DNA of 64,000 bases from Candidatus Omnitrophota bacterium (GTDB lineage: Bacteria > Omnitrophota > Gorgyraeia > Zapsychrales > Zapsychraceae). Position numbers and translations under genes: made by a program. Location: the NCBI GenBank assembly GCA_020053475.1, contig JAGVNC010000084.1, positions 4,201-68,200 of the forward strand, written 5' to 3'. Below, in pieces: positions 1 through 10,670 of the stretch (the first letter of the stretch is position 1; each line of letters begins with the position of its first letter). The notes beneath the pieces are model-generated. The model was not told the DNA's origin. It saw nothing but the letters and a program-made list of their open reading frames with translations, and ran no database searches.

Positions 1-931
1 TCTCCGACAACGCCCTCGAGATTTCATCAAATGGCGGTTGCCCCTGATAATACAAGGCTGAGGTTACCTTGTATTCTTGCTCATAAAGTTTTCTTAATTG
101 TTCATCTTTCAGCAAGAAAGCCTCTTGTTGGGCAATAGGAATTTTCTGATCTGCGGCAGGGAATCTTTTCTTTTTATGTTGCTGATATTTTTCTGTTCCT
201 ATAAATTCTTGAACGGTCTTATTCTTTAAAAGGCATGCGACATCATAATAATGCCTGATAAAGTTAGCAGGCATTATTCCCGTTTCTTGCTGTTTGCGAA
301 ACTTCGTTGCGATCGTTTGCAATTTTTCAACAAATGTATAACCCGGATGGTAGCACAAAACACCACGAGCTCTATTATCCTTAACCTTCAGTCCATTCTG
401 CAACGCAAAATCAAGCGCCCAAGAACTAATATCCATCGGACTGTTGGGTGTCACCTCATCAAATCCAACTTCGAACAATACGCCCTCTTTTATGCCCCCA
501 GCAACAGGAAAAGCGGATTTGTAAAAAAGTCGGATACCGCCGCTAAAATATTTCTCATTGTCAAATTCCGTGTCACGAACAATTCTTTGTATCCCGTCAA
601 TTTTAATTTTCTTCGCTAACCAATCATAATATTGCTTGCGGCTCGCGCAATGATCCGGTTTTATATGATTCGGGCCAGTTTTCACGTCCCTATCGTTGGG
701 TGGCTCGATACAAATATCAATATCTTCTGAAAACCGATGAACAATGTCATATCCTTTAGAAAGCGACGTACCGCCCTTGAGTTCAAATTTGAATCCCTCT
801 TGTTGAAGGCCATATAAGACATGCATCATCCAGTAATCTTTTTCAACCAAACTGCGTTCAATTTTTTTGTCACGCTCTACCGCCAGCAGAAGCTTTCTAA
901 ATTCTGGATGATTGTGAAGATAATCAGACAT
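1..931 (-). CDS. AbiEii/AbiGii-family nucleotidyltransferase toxin (type IV TA); runs off the left edge of the window
   Basis: Not in the ORF track. Manual translation from ATG at 931: MSDYLHNHPEF...VEKDYW...ELKGGTSLSKGYDIVHRFSEDIDI...EKLQTI...RHYYD. KGGT, RFSEDID and RHxYD are AbiEii motifs. The start overlaps the end of the upstream gene. Confidence 0.9.
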   Translation of the reverse strand, partial: MSDYLHNHPEFRKLLLAVERDKKIERSLVEKDYWMMHVLYGLQQEGFKFELKGGTSLSKGYDIVHRFSEDIDICIEPPNDRDVKTGPNHIKPDHCASRKQYYDWLAKKIKIDGIQRIVRDTEFDNEKYFSGGIRLFYKSAFPVAGGIKEGVLFEVGFDEVTPNSPMDISSWALDFALQNGLKVKDNRARGVLCYHPGYTFVEKLQTIATKFRKQQETGIMPANFIRHYYDVACLLKNKTVQEFIGTEKYQQHKKKRFPAADQKIPIAQQEAFLLKDEQLRKLYEQEYKVTSALYYQGQPPFDEISRALSE

Positions 932-1517
932 GAGCTAAAGATTCCCCTGAGATCCACTGATTAAATAAAGTTTTCGTTCTTTCACCTGCATACGCATTGA
1001 CCGCACGCTTCATTTGCGATTCTGGTTCCTTCAGCACTTTTTCTTTAACGCTTTGCAAAACATCTTCCCGATCTTCCGCTAATTCATTTAAATTATTCAA
1101 CAAATCAACCAATAAAAACGCTTCGGAAAGCTCTTTAGGAAATTTATGTTTTAAACGAAAATCAAACTCCTTGCCCCCAAGCACAAACAAACCATGCCGT
1201 TTATGATTATAAACAATCCGCTTGTTGTACAATTGCGTTGTTCCCACCCCTAATGAATTATAAAGATTAGGCGACGTTAAAAGAAAATCATCGCTTTTCA
1301 AGAAAGCCCGCACCAACTTTTCATCTTCCGGTGGCACAGGACCAAAAGAGGCTTTTGCGGGATAATAATACACCCCTTGCGCCATTTTTTGCAGAGTCCC
1401 CTCCTCAACCAGTTGCTTTAAATGCCGGTCAACCGCAGTCGACCATTGCTCAAGATCAACCCTACGGTAAACCTGCCCTGGTCTTAGATATTTTTTTAGC
1501 CCTTCAAGTGCGTTCAT
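924..1517 (-). CDS. Putative AbiEi-like antitoxin (N-terminal wHTH)
   Basis: MNALEGLKKY...AVDRHLKQLVEEGTLQKMAQGVYY is a wHTH pattern. The gene lies directly upstream of, and overlaps, the AbiEii gene. Start 1517 preferred over 1559. Confidence 0.75.
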   Translation of the reverse strand: MNALEGLKKYLRPGQVYRRVDLEQWSTAVDRHLKQLVEEGTLQKMAQGVYYYPAKASFGPVPPEDEKLVRAFLKSDDFLLTSPNLYNSLGVGTTQLYNKRIVYNHKRHGLFVLGGKEFDFRLKHKFPKELSEAFLLVDLLNNLNELAEDREDVLQSVKEKVLKEPESQMKRAVNAYAGERTKTLFNQWISGESLAHV

Positions 1518-1660
1518 TTTGACCACCTCCCACACTTCAAGTATAAAAGATTTCCTCAAAATTGCAAGTATTTTTATTTAAATTTCATGCAAATTATGCG
1601 GAGAATATATGCTGTATTCTCCGCTTTTAATTTTGTATCCATGGTAATCTCCTCCCCTAA

Positions 1661-1711
1661 AAATAGAAGACCCGCTCTCTTCCCGTGGGGGATGAGAGCG
1701 GGTCCTATTTT
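1661..1711 (-). terminator. Hairpin terminator downstream of tRNA-fMet
   Basis: gacccgctctc...gagagcgggtc inverted repeat flanked by aaatag/ctattt. Confidence 0.65.
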
Positions 1712-1732
1712 CCTTATCCGGAAATAAGGAAT

Positions 1733-1809
<77 letters not shown>

Positions 1810-1818
1810 ATATTCATT

Positions 1819-1925
1819 TAAACTCAAAACTCTAAACTCTAAATAAATTCAAAATTCAAAACCCAAATGTTTGAGTTTGATCCTTTGAGTTTATTTAGGA
1901 TTTTGGATTTAGGGTTTGGAGTTTT
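1819..1925. repeat. 7-bp-periodic inverted-repeat element, family A (AAACTCT/AAATCCT units), copy 1
   Basis: aaactca aaactct aaactct aaat aaattca aaattca aaaccca ... tttgagttt attt aggattt tggattt agggttt. Confidence 0.85.
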
Positions 1926-2187
1926 CTGTGTTATCCATCTTCATGATCATCTCGCCTTCTTTGGCGAGGCCCATCTTTTCACGGGCGACCTTCTCTAAAT
2001 ACACAGGATCATCTTCTAAGCGACGCTTTTCTTCATGCAAGGCTAGATTCTCTTCTTTCAATTCAACGATCTTCTGCCTATATTCTTCGTTCCTGCGATT
2101 CAAGTCCCGCTTCTGGGAATACGACGGAACAAAAATGAACAACAAAAAAACTCCAAAGACAATCAGCCAGAAATATTGTTTGAACAT
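1909..2187 (-). CDS. ftsB: Septum formation initiator FtsB/DivIC
   Basis: One N-terminal TM helix, a coiled coil and the DPVYLEKVAREKMGL motif; located downstream of eno. Confidence 0.85.
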   Translation of the reverse strand: MFKQYFWLIVFGVFLLFIFVPSYSQKRDLNRRNEEYRQKIVELKEENLALHEEKRRLEDDPVYLEKVAREKMGLAKEGEMIMKMDNTENSKP

Positions 2188-2253
2188 GTTAAGTCTACAC
2201 CCTCACTCTGGTTCGGGTGTAAAATTTTTTGGTCTTTGACAGATCAAAAAATT

Positions 2254-3641
<1,388 letters not shown>

Positions 3642-3770
3642 AAACAAAGATATGCCAAATTATCACAGTTTGTTATCAAAGTCAAGCCCGCTATAGGCCC
3701 TGCAGATGGCCCGGGAATAGAGAATTCCTGCCTTTTGCGTTCCTGGGGTTTGTGGTATACTTAAGCAAAT

Positions 3771-3888
3771 GAAATCCAAAATCCTAAACTCTAAATTCCA
3801 AATAAACTCAAAATTCAAAATACAAAACATCATTTGTCTTTTGGATTTTAGATTTATTTAGGATTTAATGTTTTGAGTTTAGGGTTTT
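3771..3888. repeat. 7-bp-periodic inverted-repeat element, family A, copy 2
   Basis: aaatcca aaatcct aaactct aaattcc aaat aaactca aaattca ... tggattt tagattt attt aggattt ... tgagttt agggttt. Confidence 0.85.
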
Positions 3889-3919
3889 ATTAAATATTTC
3901 TTTAGAAAGGCCACGGGAC

Positions 3920-5608
3920 ATGAAAAAATTCATCGTTTTTCTTAAACTGAACTGGTTAAAAATCATTCTAGGAATCCTCCTCCTCGCTACGATCGTCGGC
4001 TGTTTTTACTTCATCCGTTATTGTTTCATCAGTTTCTCCGGCCTCGAAAATTTCAGCAAAAAAACCATTGCCGGGCAAATGGCCCTTCTGTTGCCGATGT
4101 TTGCCCTTGTTCAGCTCATCACCCTGCCAATCATGTTGGGAATGCAATATTACTTTATGCAAGGCGGCGGATTAGGCAAAGTGGGCACCGAAAAACTTTC
4201 CAAAGCCGAAGTTAATGTGAAATGGGACGAAGTGATCGGGATGGAAGGCGCGAAACGTGAAGCCTGGGAAATCGTCAAACTTTTGAAGGATCGTTCGCTT
4301 CTCAAAGCCATTGGCGGAAAAATCGTCAAAGGGACGCTCATGATCGGCCCGCCGGGATGCGGGAAAACGTATCTGGCCAAGGCCATTGCTACCGAATGCG
4401 GGTTACCGATGATCTCCGCGGTGGGAAGCGAATTTGTCGGGATGTTCGTCGGCCAAGGCACGGCGCGCATGAAATCTCTTTTTAAACAAGCGCGCGGCAT
4501 GGCATCCCTGGAAGGCGGCTGCATTATTTTCATCGATGAGATTGATTCCTTTGCCAGGCCCCGTGGGGCCGATATGGGATTTGGCGGCGGACGCTTAGAC
4601 ATGAACGCCACAATCAATCAGTTCTTGACCGAAATGGATGGGTTACGCCGTCATGAAAACAACATCATCGTGATCGCAGCCACCAACGTCGCGGAAAATG
4701 AACTAGATTCCGCGATTACCCGCGCCGGACGCTTTGACCGCAAAATCCACATTTCCAAACCTAATCTTGAAGAGCGCAAAGATCTTTTCAAATTCTATTT
4801 ATCCCGCGTGAATGCCGACTCAAACTGTGATGCTGATTTGCTGGCGCGTAAGGCTTTGGGATTCTCCCCTTCCGATATCGACAGCATGGTCCGCGAATCC
4901 GGCTTGATCGCCCTGCGCGAAAAAACGGATAAAATTACGATGAAATTTTTAAACGAAGCGTATGACAGGGTGAGCTTTGGCCTGAAATCCAACATCACAT
5001 TAACCAAAGAAGAAAAAGTCTGGACCGCGTATCACGAAGCCGGCCATGCGGTGATTGCTTATCTCACGCATCCAACCAACGACGTCATCAAAGCCACCAT
5101 CATTCCGCATAAGGGAGCGTTGGGATTTGTATCACAGCGGCCCGTTGAAGAACTGCATTCGTCCAATCGTGAACACTTATTGGCCAACATCAAAGTGAAT
5201 GTGGCCAGTTACGTAGCTGAACAATTAAAATTTAATACAACATCGAGCGGTGTCGGCGGCGGACGCGGGAGTGACTTTGACAGCGCCATGCGCATCGCCC
5301 GCGCCATGGCCTACAGCTTTGGCATGGGAAAATCGGGATTGATCGGTGATTTTGCCGCAACCGCCGATGGGCATGGGAATTTACAAATTTCGGAAAAGAC
5401 CAAAGAAATGCTCGATAACGACGTGCAGGAAATCCTCCAAGATTGCATCAAAGAAGTCCGTCAAATCCTAACGGATAAAAAAGATTTACTAGAATACTTT
5501 GCCCAAGAACTATTACGCAAAGAAGAACTCGAATACGATGACATTGTCGCGATCTTCGATAAATTCAATCTTAAATCCGCCGCTCGTACGCAGATCAAAA
5601 TTTCATGA
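3920..5608 (+). CDS. FtsH-like AAA+ Zn-metalloprotease
   Basis: Two TM segments, Walker A GPPGCGKT, FVG pore loop, FIDEID, GRFDR and HEAGH. Confidence 0.92.
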   Translation: MKKFIVFLKLNWLKIILGILLLATIVGCFYFIRYCFISFSGLENFSKKTIAGQMALLLPMFALVQLITLPIMLGMQYYFMQGGGLGKVGTEKLSKAEVNVKWDEVIGMEGAKREAWEIVKLLKDRSLLKAIGGKIVKGTLMIGPPGCGKTYLAKAIATECGLPMISAVGSEFVGMFVGQGTARMKSLFKQARGMASLEGGCIIFIDEIDSFARPRGADMGFGGGRLDMNATINQFLTEMDGLRRHENNIIVIAATNVAENELDSAITRAGRFDRKIHISKPNLEERKDLFKFYLSRVNADSNCDADLLARKALGFSPSDIDSMVRESGLIALREKTDKITMKFLNEAYDRVSFGLKSNITLTKEEKVWTAYHEAGHAVIAYLTHPTNDVIKATIIPHKGALGFVSQRPVEELHSSNREHLLANIKVNVASYVAEQLKFNTTSSGVGGGRGSDFDSAMRIARAMAYSFGMGKSGLIGDFAATADGHGNLQISEKTKEMLDNDVQEILQDCIKEVRQILTDKKDLLEYFAQELLRKEELEYDDIVAIFDKFNLKSAARTQIKIS

Positions 5609-6525
5609 ACGCCCGGACGTTCGTCTTAGCTCTCCTCGGCCTTAGTATTTTCATCACCGGCTGCGGCCCGTCTCCCGTAAACGAAAAGAAAATCGCTTCG
5701 TCCGAGGCTTACACAAAATTCCTGCAAATCGCTAAAGAAGACTACAATCTTGAGCCCGTCACTCACTGGGTGAAAAATACACTGTGGATTTATTTACCGA
5801 TCACGGAAAGTTTGTTCGATTTAAAAGCCAAGGATGCCTCTCCAACCAACGACCAACCATCGGAGAAATATAATATTCAATTTATTGATGGAGCCTATCA
5901 GGATCGACGGTTTGTGATTACTTACGACATTGCCAAAGCACGGGTTTATCCCAAAGATTACGGCTACGGCACATCCTATTCCCAAGAGTATCAGCATAAG
6001 CAGCGCAATCTCATGACAGCCATCACACGCGCTTTTGAAAATGCTCAAGAAAAACCGGAATTCCTTGTCATCGTCATCGCTGACATCAACAAAGGCATTG
6101 AGCTCAAAATGACCGTGGCTTATCAGGATTTAGACCGCGCGTCAAAAGATCAGACATTTTATGAAGAGTACGCTTATCGCGCTGTCTTGACGCCTCCTCA
6201 AGGCAACACGGCCATCATTGATGACAAGACAGGAACGCATCTTGATTACAAACCGGTGGCGTGGCCGGATTTTCTCGCCAAACAAATCGTCTATCGGATC
6301 CAGTTCAAATACCAGCAAAGCTCGTTCCCTCCGACGGATACGCCCGAGCAAACAATCCTCTCGGCCGTGGCCCAAACGCTTAAGGCGTACAATTTCACGG
6401 ATTATGCTGGGGTTGTCTTAAGAAATTTGGCTTCCGATGAGACGAAGGTCGTCGATCAAGCGGCCATCGCTGCGTTGCCTACCGAAGAATCAAAGGGAAG
6501 GTTGATTGAGATTAAATTTCGTTAA
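5605..6525 (+). CDS. Hypothetical lipoprotein
   Basis: Signal peptide with ITGC lipobox; ATGA overlap with the ftsH-like gene. Confidence 0.75.
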   Translation: MNARTFVLALLGLSIFITGCGPSPVNEKKIASSEAYTKFLQIAKEDYNLEPVTHWVKNTLWIYLPITESLFDLKAKDASPTNDQPSEKYNIQFIDGAYQDRRFVITYDIAKARVYPKDYGYGTSYSQEYQHKQRNLMTAITRAFENAQEKPEFLVIVIADINKGIELKMTVAYQDLDRASKDQTFYEEYAYRAVLTPPQGNTAIIDDKTGTHLDYKPVAWPDFLAKQIVYRIQFKYQQSSFPPTDTPEQTILSAVAQTLKAYNFTDYAGVVLRNLASDETKVVDQAAIAALPTEESKGRLIEIKFR

Positions 6526-6527
6526 AG

Positions 6528-6659
6528 CAAACTCAAAACTCTAAATCCTAAACAAATCCAAAACTCAAAATCCTAAACCCAAAATAAACTCAAAACATAA
6601 AATCCAAAAAATTTGGATTTTGTATTTTGGGTTTGTTTAGAGTTTAGGATTTAGGGTTT
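6528..6659. repeat. 7-bp-periodic inverted-repeat element, family A, copy 3
   Basis: aaactca aaactct aaatcct aaac aaatcca aaactca aaatcct ... tgggttt gttt agagttt aggattt agggttt. Confidence 0.85.
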
Positions 6660-7259
6660 CTCAACAATTTCCACCCTTCTCCCCTTCATTGTCAATCTTC
6701 CCTCGACAAAGAGCTGGATCGCTTTCGGATAGATGCGGTGTTCGATTTTGTGAATTTTTTCGGTAAGAGTTTCGATCGTATCGCTTTCAGCGATCTTGAT
6801 CGCGTCCTGCAGGATAATGGGGCCGTGGTCCATTTTCTCGTCGACAAAATGGACCGTTGCACCGGTCACTTTAGCGCCGTAGGTAAACGCATCTTTGATG
6901 CCGTCAAGGCCTTTAAATGATGGCAACAACGACGGATGGATGTTTAGGATTTTACGCGCATAAGTTTTTACAAAAAATGCCGATACTAACCGCATATACC
7001 CGGCCAGGACGATAAAATCAATCTGTTCCTGCTTCAAATGGATGGTGAGTTGCCGGTCATAGCTCGTCGGGGTCGCGTAGTCCTGGGGATTCAAAAACAA
7101 TGTTTTGATGCCGGCGTCTTGGGCCCGCTTAAGGGCAGGGGCTTTACGGTTGTTGGACACGACTAACGCCAATTCTCCGGTAATCGTTCCGGCCTTGACC
7201 GCATCGATAATGGCCTGCAGATTAGATCCATGCCCGGAAGCAAAGACTGCGAATTTCAT
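6651..7259 (-). CDS. purN: Phosphoribosylglycinamide formyltransferase
   Basis: SGHGSNLQA, LAGYMR, NIHPSLLP and HFVDEKMDHGPII motifs. Confidence 0.97.
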   Translation of the reverse strand: MKFAVFASGHGSNLQAIIDAVKAGTITGELALVVSNNRKAPALKRAQDAGIKTLFLNPQDYATPTSYDRQLTIHLKQEQIDFIVLAGYMRLVSAFFVKTYARKILNIHPSLLPSFKGLDGIKDAFTYGAKVTGATVHFVDEKMDHGPIILQDAIKIAESDTIETLTEKIHKIEHRIYPKAIQLFVEGRLTMKGRRVEIVEKP

Positions 7260-7284
7260 TTTAAATTATCCTTTTTTAAAAGTC

Positions 7285-7337
7285 ACTCGTCGCTAGTCTC
7301 TCGTTGCTAGAGACGAGAGGCGAGCACCGAGAGACTG
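7285..7337. repeat. 7-bp-periodic inverted-repeat element, family C (CTCGTCT/AGACGAG), copy 1
   Basis: ctcgtcg ctagtct ctcgttg ctag agacgag aggcgag caccgag agactga. Confidence 0.7.
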
Positions 7338-7356
7338 ATGACTCTTTACTCAACAA

Positions 7357-8643
7357 TTATGCCATGCCGACCCCAGCAACCGCAAGGGTCGATTTGCGGG
7401 TCTTCCATAATCCCACTCCTCCATACACAGCGCAACCCATCCCGACGACCGATAGAATCCAACCCTTGTCGACAAACTCCGACACCCAGGAACTAATGAG
7501 CATCGCCACCAGAAAAGCAAAATGGATGACAATTTCCATCGAGCTAAAGACCTTGCCGCGCATTTCCTCATTACTGACCAAATGGATAATTGTATTCGAC
7601 GCCACAAAGACCGGCCCGATCGTGAATCCCCAAACACAGGCTAAAATCATCCCTAAGAAAATATTGGGGTATTGATAGATCAACATCGCAAATGTCAGAA
7701 GCATCAATCCTCCGGCCATTAAACACGCGCCGATGGTCCTTTGCCAAGAGATATTTTTCCCCCACTTGCCATAGGCCATGACACCGCTAAAAAGGCCGAT
7801 CACCAAAAATACAGCCAAAATCCCCAAGTCTTTGGTGACGCTATGAAACCTCTCCTGGATAAAGACAATCATGACGACATAAATCGAACCCGCTGCGGCC
7901 AAAAGGACAAAAAATGTATTCATCACAAAACGAATTTCAGATTGTTTAAATAGATACATGACCCCTTCGCGCATTTCATCCCACAGGGACTTTTTGATGG
8001 TAACGGCAATTTCTTTAGTGCGCTGGAGAATCATGGTCCGCGTCGGCCGGTACGATAATAACCTCCAGGGAAGGCGCATATTAAATAAAAGGAACGCGGA
8101 AATAAAAAATGTAATGGAATCGATGAGAAAGCCGTTGCGGGCGCCAAAATATTCGATGAGGAAAGCCCCCACCATCCCCCCTAAGCCCGCGGCAATCATT
8201 CCCGTCGTGGTGACCAACGAATTGGCCTTCAATAAACTCTCCGAGCCAACAACGTCAGGGATGATCGACATTTTGGCCGGAACATAAAAACGGCTGCAAC
8301 AAAAACTTAAAAAAACCACAATATAAATAGGAATCATCGACTCCCAGAAAATAAAAACGAACGGAATGGTCAAGATCAACATCCCGCGGATCAAATCACA
8401 GATCAATAACGTTGTGCGTTTGTCCCAGCGGTCCACAAGCACCCCGGCAAACGGCTGCACCAAAAAAACAGGAATGATCGTAAACGCAAGCAGCTTGGCC
8501 AACCCAAGGGTGGATGATCCTGAAGAGCGTTCGGCAATGAGCCCGATCAGCGCCAATTGATGAACGCGGTCCCCAAACTGGGAAATCAATTGGGCCAACC
8601 ACAGATGTGAAAAATTACGATTTTTGATCAGAAATCCTATCAT
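7357..8643 (-). CDS. MFS transporter (DHA3-like)
   Basis: NFSHLWLAQLISQFGD, motif A GVLVDRWDKR, about 12 TM segments. Confidence 0.9.
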   Translation of the reverse strand: MIGFLIKNRNFSHLWLAQLISQFGDRVHQLALIGLIAERSSGSSTLGLAKLLAFTIIPVFLVQPFAGVLVDRWDKRTTLLICDLIRGMLILTIPFVFIFWESMIPIYIVVFLSFCCSRFYVPAKMSIIPDVVGSESLLKANSLVTTTGMIAAGLGGMVGAFLIEYFGARNGFLIDSITFFISAFLLFNMRLPWRLLSYRPTRTMILQRTKEIAVTIKKSLWDEMREGVMYLFKQSEIRFVMNTFFVLLAAAGSIYVVMIVFIQERFHSVTKDLGILAVFLVIGLFSGVMAYGKWGKNISWQRTIGACLMAGGLMLLTFAMLIYQYPNIFLGMILACVWGFTIGPVFVASNTIIHLVSNEEMRGKVFSSMEIVIHFAFLVAMLISSWVSEFVDKGWILSVVGMGCAVYGGVGLWKTRKSTLAVAGVGMA

Positions 8644-10670
8644 AATCCTAACTTTGTTAAAGCCTGCCGGCCTTCTTGCGCCAAAGGATGAGTGGCATTG
8701 TGCGACAACACATAATCAAACATTTGCCTGGCTTTCCCGACGTCCCCTTTGCTCAAATACGCCCATCCTAACACGGCCTGCGCCTGGTCTTCCTGGACCA
8801 ATGATGGTTGATTTGTTTCAACCAAATAAATGGCCTGATCATAAAATCGATGGGCATAAAGCTCTTCGGCAAAAAACACCAAAATACGTTTCATATTATA
8901 CCGTTTCTTAAAAAGAGTATCCATCACTTGCTGATATTTATCCTTTTGATGGTCCAGAAGATAGCTCATGGCCAAATATTGCAGGATAGAAACGTCGAAG
9001 GGGCTTAGATAAACGGCCTTTTCAAGATATTGAATGGCTTTAGAGTATTCCCCCTGCCGATAATGGGCCTCGCCCAACAGCCGATATCCGTCGATGTTTT
9101 CAGGGTCGTGTGTGACGACGTCCTCAAGCCCCTTTAACCCTTCATCAATTTTGCCTGTTTCCAATTCACAAACAGCTAACTCAACACGCGCCTCGAAATT
9201 TTCGGGATTGAACTCCACTGCCTGTTCTAAATATTTGTTGGCTTGAATGTAATCGCCTTGGGCGTGATAAATATTCCCTAACCGTTTGATCCACAAACTC
9301 TTTTTAGCGGGTGATTGCTGACGATCAATCATGGATTGGACGGCGTCACGGTCGTCATTATATTTCATTAATAGCTGCTCGAAGGCGATGGATGGCCGGC
9401 TCTCTTTCTGGGCCACCCGGCCCAACAGATGCTGTTCCGTCGTCCAGTGGGCATTGCTCCATACGGTAGCACCGGTAAAATAAATCAGGAGTAAACTGAA
9501 AAATATTTTTTGCCAACGGGATTGCAGATGGACCAGAATGGTCGCTAGGATTAACACAAGCCCTAATGAAGAAAAATAAAGAAAATGCTCCGACAGATAG
9601 GGGCCGATCTTCATCAACATCCGTCGCGTAATGAATAAAGATAATGACCCAATCATTAACCACAGCCAGCCCAAGATTAACGCTTTTCTAGCATCCGTAA
9701 GTGTTGGCTTGATGGCCCACACCCGATAACTCCCGGCGCCCAAGAGTGTCAATCCGATCAAAATCAGAACATGATGGACCCCGGGTATTTGCCACGCGAG
9801 AGAGAACATTGTCCACGGGAAAAGAAATCGCATGTTATATTCGAGGCTTAAAAGAAGCCAATCGGCCAGGGCCTTCAAAGATAAATGGTGTAATTGCGGG
9901 TCACGGATGATCGGATAAAAATTTAAGCGAAAGAGATAATAACTCAATGCCAACAAAAAAAGAGCGATGAGCCCCAGCTTTATCCGCCGATGATTGATTG
10001 TTGCAGGATGAACCATGCTTAAACAACCTGCGAATAAAGGCAATAAAAGGCTCGCTTCTCTTGATAAAAGAGCGGCCGTGAATCCCAGGATGATGAATAG
10101 AAACCAGGCAGGATTAGTTCCTGCTGATCCATAGCGCCAGAATCCGATCAAGCAAGCTAAAGAAAAGAATGTTTGCAATAAATCGGCGCGGCCGGAGATG
10201 TAATTCACGGCCCATTCGTTAGTGGGCAGCACGCTAAATAATAAGCCTGCGATCAACGCTAACGAGCGTTGCTGAAATATCAGCCACAATAAATAATAAA
10301 TCAGCCAGGCATTCGCCGCGTGAATGAGCACATTGACCACTCGAAATCCCCAGGGGGCCAGCCCGGTCAATTGGGCATTGAGTGCCAAGGATAAATGCAC
10401 GAGCGGCCGGTAATATCCTAAATTTTCGGCGGTGGCACCCGATGCTGGGTCCGATCCTTTAGCGGCCGACGCTTTAAAAGCATCAAAAAAATCCCGCGAC
10501 CAAACGGTCTTGATTAATTCAGGCTGTTGAATGACAGGGTTTTGTTCGACCACCACATGCGCGTCGAGAATGTATTCACTGTTCAAGCCCAATGAGTAGA
10601 TGATGCAATTAAGCAAAACGAAAAAAACGAACGTGGCAGCAGGAGAAGACGTTAGGCGTGGGGGAATCAA
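8640..10670 (-). CDS. TMTC-like GT-C fold membrane glycosyltransferase with C-terminal TPRs
   Basis: YYRPL, N..IH..N, ISGRADLL, LLSRE motifs, multiple TM segments and TPR helices. Confidence 0.8.
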   Translation of the reverse strand: MIPPRLTSSPAATFVFFVLLNCIIYSLGLNSEYILDAHVVVEQNPVIQQPELIKTVWSRDFFDAFKASAAKGSDPASGATAENLGYYRPLVHLSLALNAQLTGLAPWGFRVVNVLIHAANAWLIYYLLWLIFQQRSLALIAGLLFSVLPTNEWAVNYISGRADLLQTFFSLACLIGFWRYGSAGTNPAWFLFIILGFTAALLSREASLLLPLFAGCLSMVHPATINHRRIKLGLIALFLLALSYYLFRLNFYPIIRDPQLHHLSLKALADWLLLSLEYNMRFLFPWTMFSLAWQIPGVHHVLILIGLTLLGAGSYRVWAIKPTLTDARKALILGWLWLMIGSLSLFITRRMLMKIGPYLSEHFLYFSSLGLVLILATILVHLQSRWQKIFFSLLLIYFTGATVWSNAHWTTEQHLLGRVAQKESRPSIAFEQLLMKYNDDRDAVQSMIDRQQSPAKKSLWIKRLGNIYHAQGDYIQANKYLEQAVEFNPENFEARVELAVCELETGKIDEGLKGLEDVVTHDPENIDGYRLLGEAHYRQGEYSKAIQYLEKAVYLSPFDVSILQYLAMSYLLDHQKDKYQQVMDTLFKKRYNMKRILVFFAEELYAHRFYDQAIYLVETNQPSLVQEDQAQAVLGWAYLSKGDVGKARQMFDYVLSHNATHPLAQEGRQALTKLGL

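Noticed and set aside
251-619. 122-aa plus-strand ORF
   Set aside because: Antisense shadow of the AbiEii gene, which has clear motifs on the minus strand.
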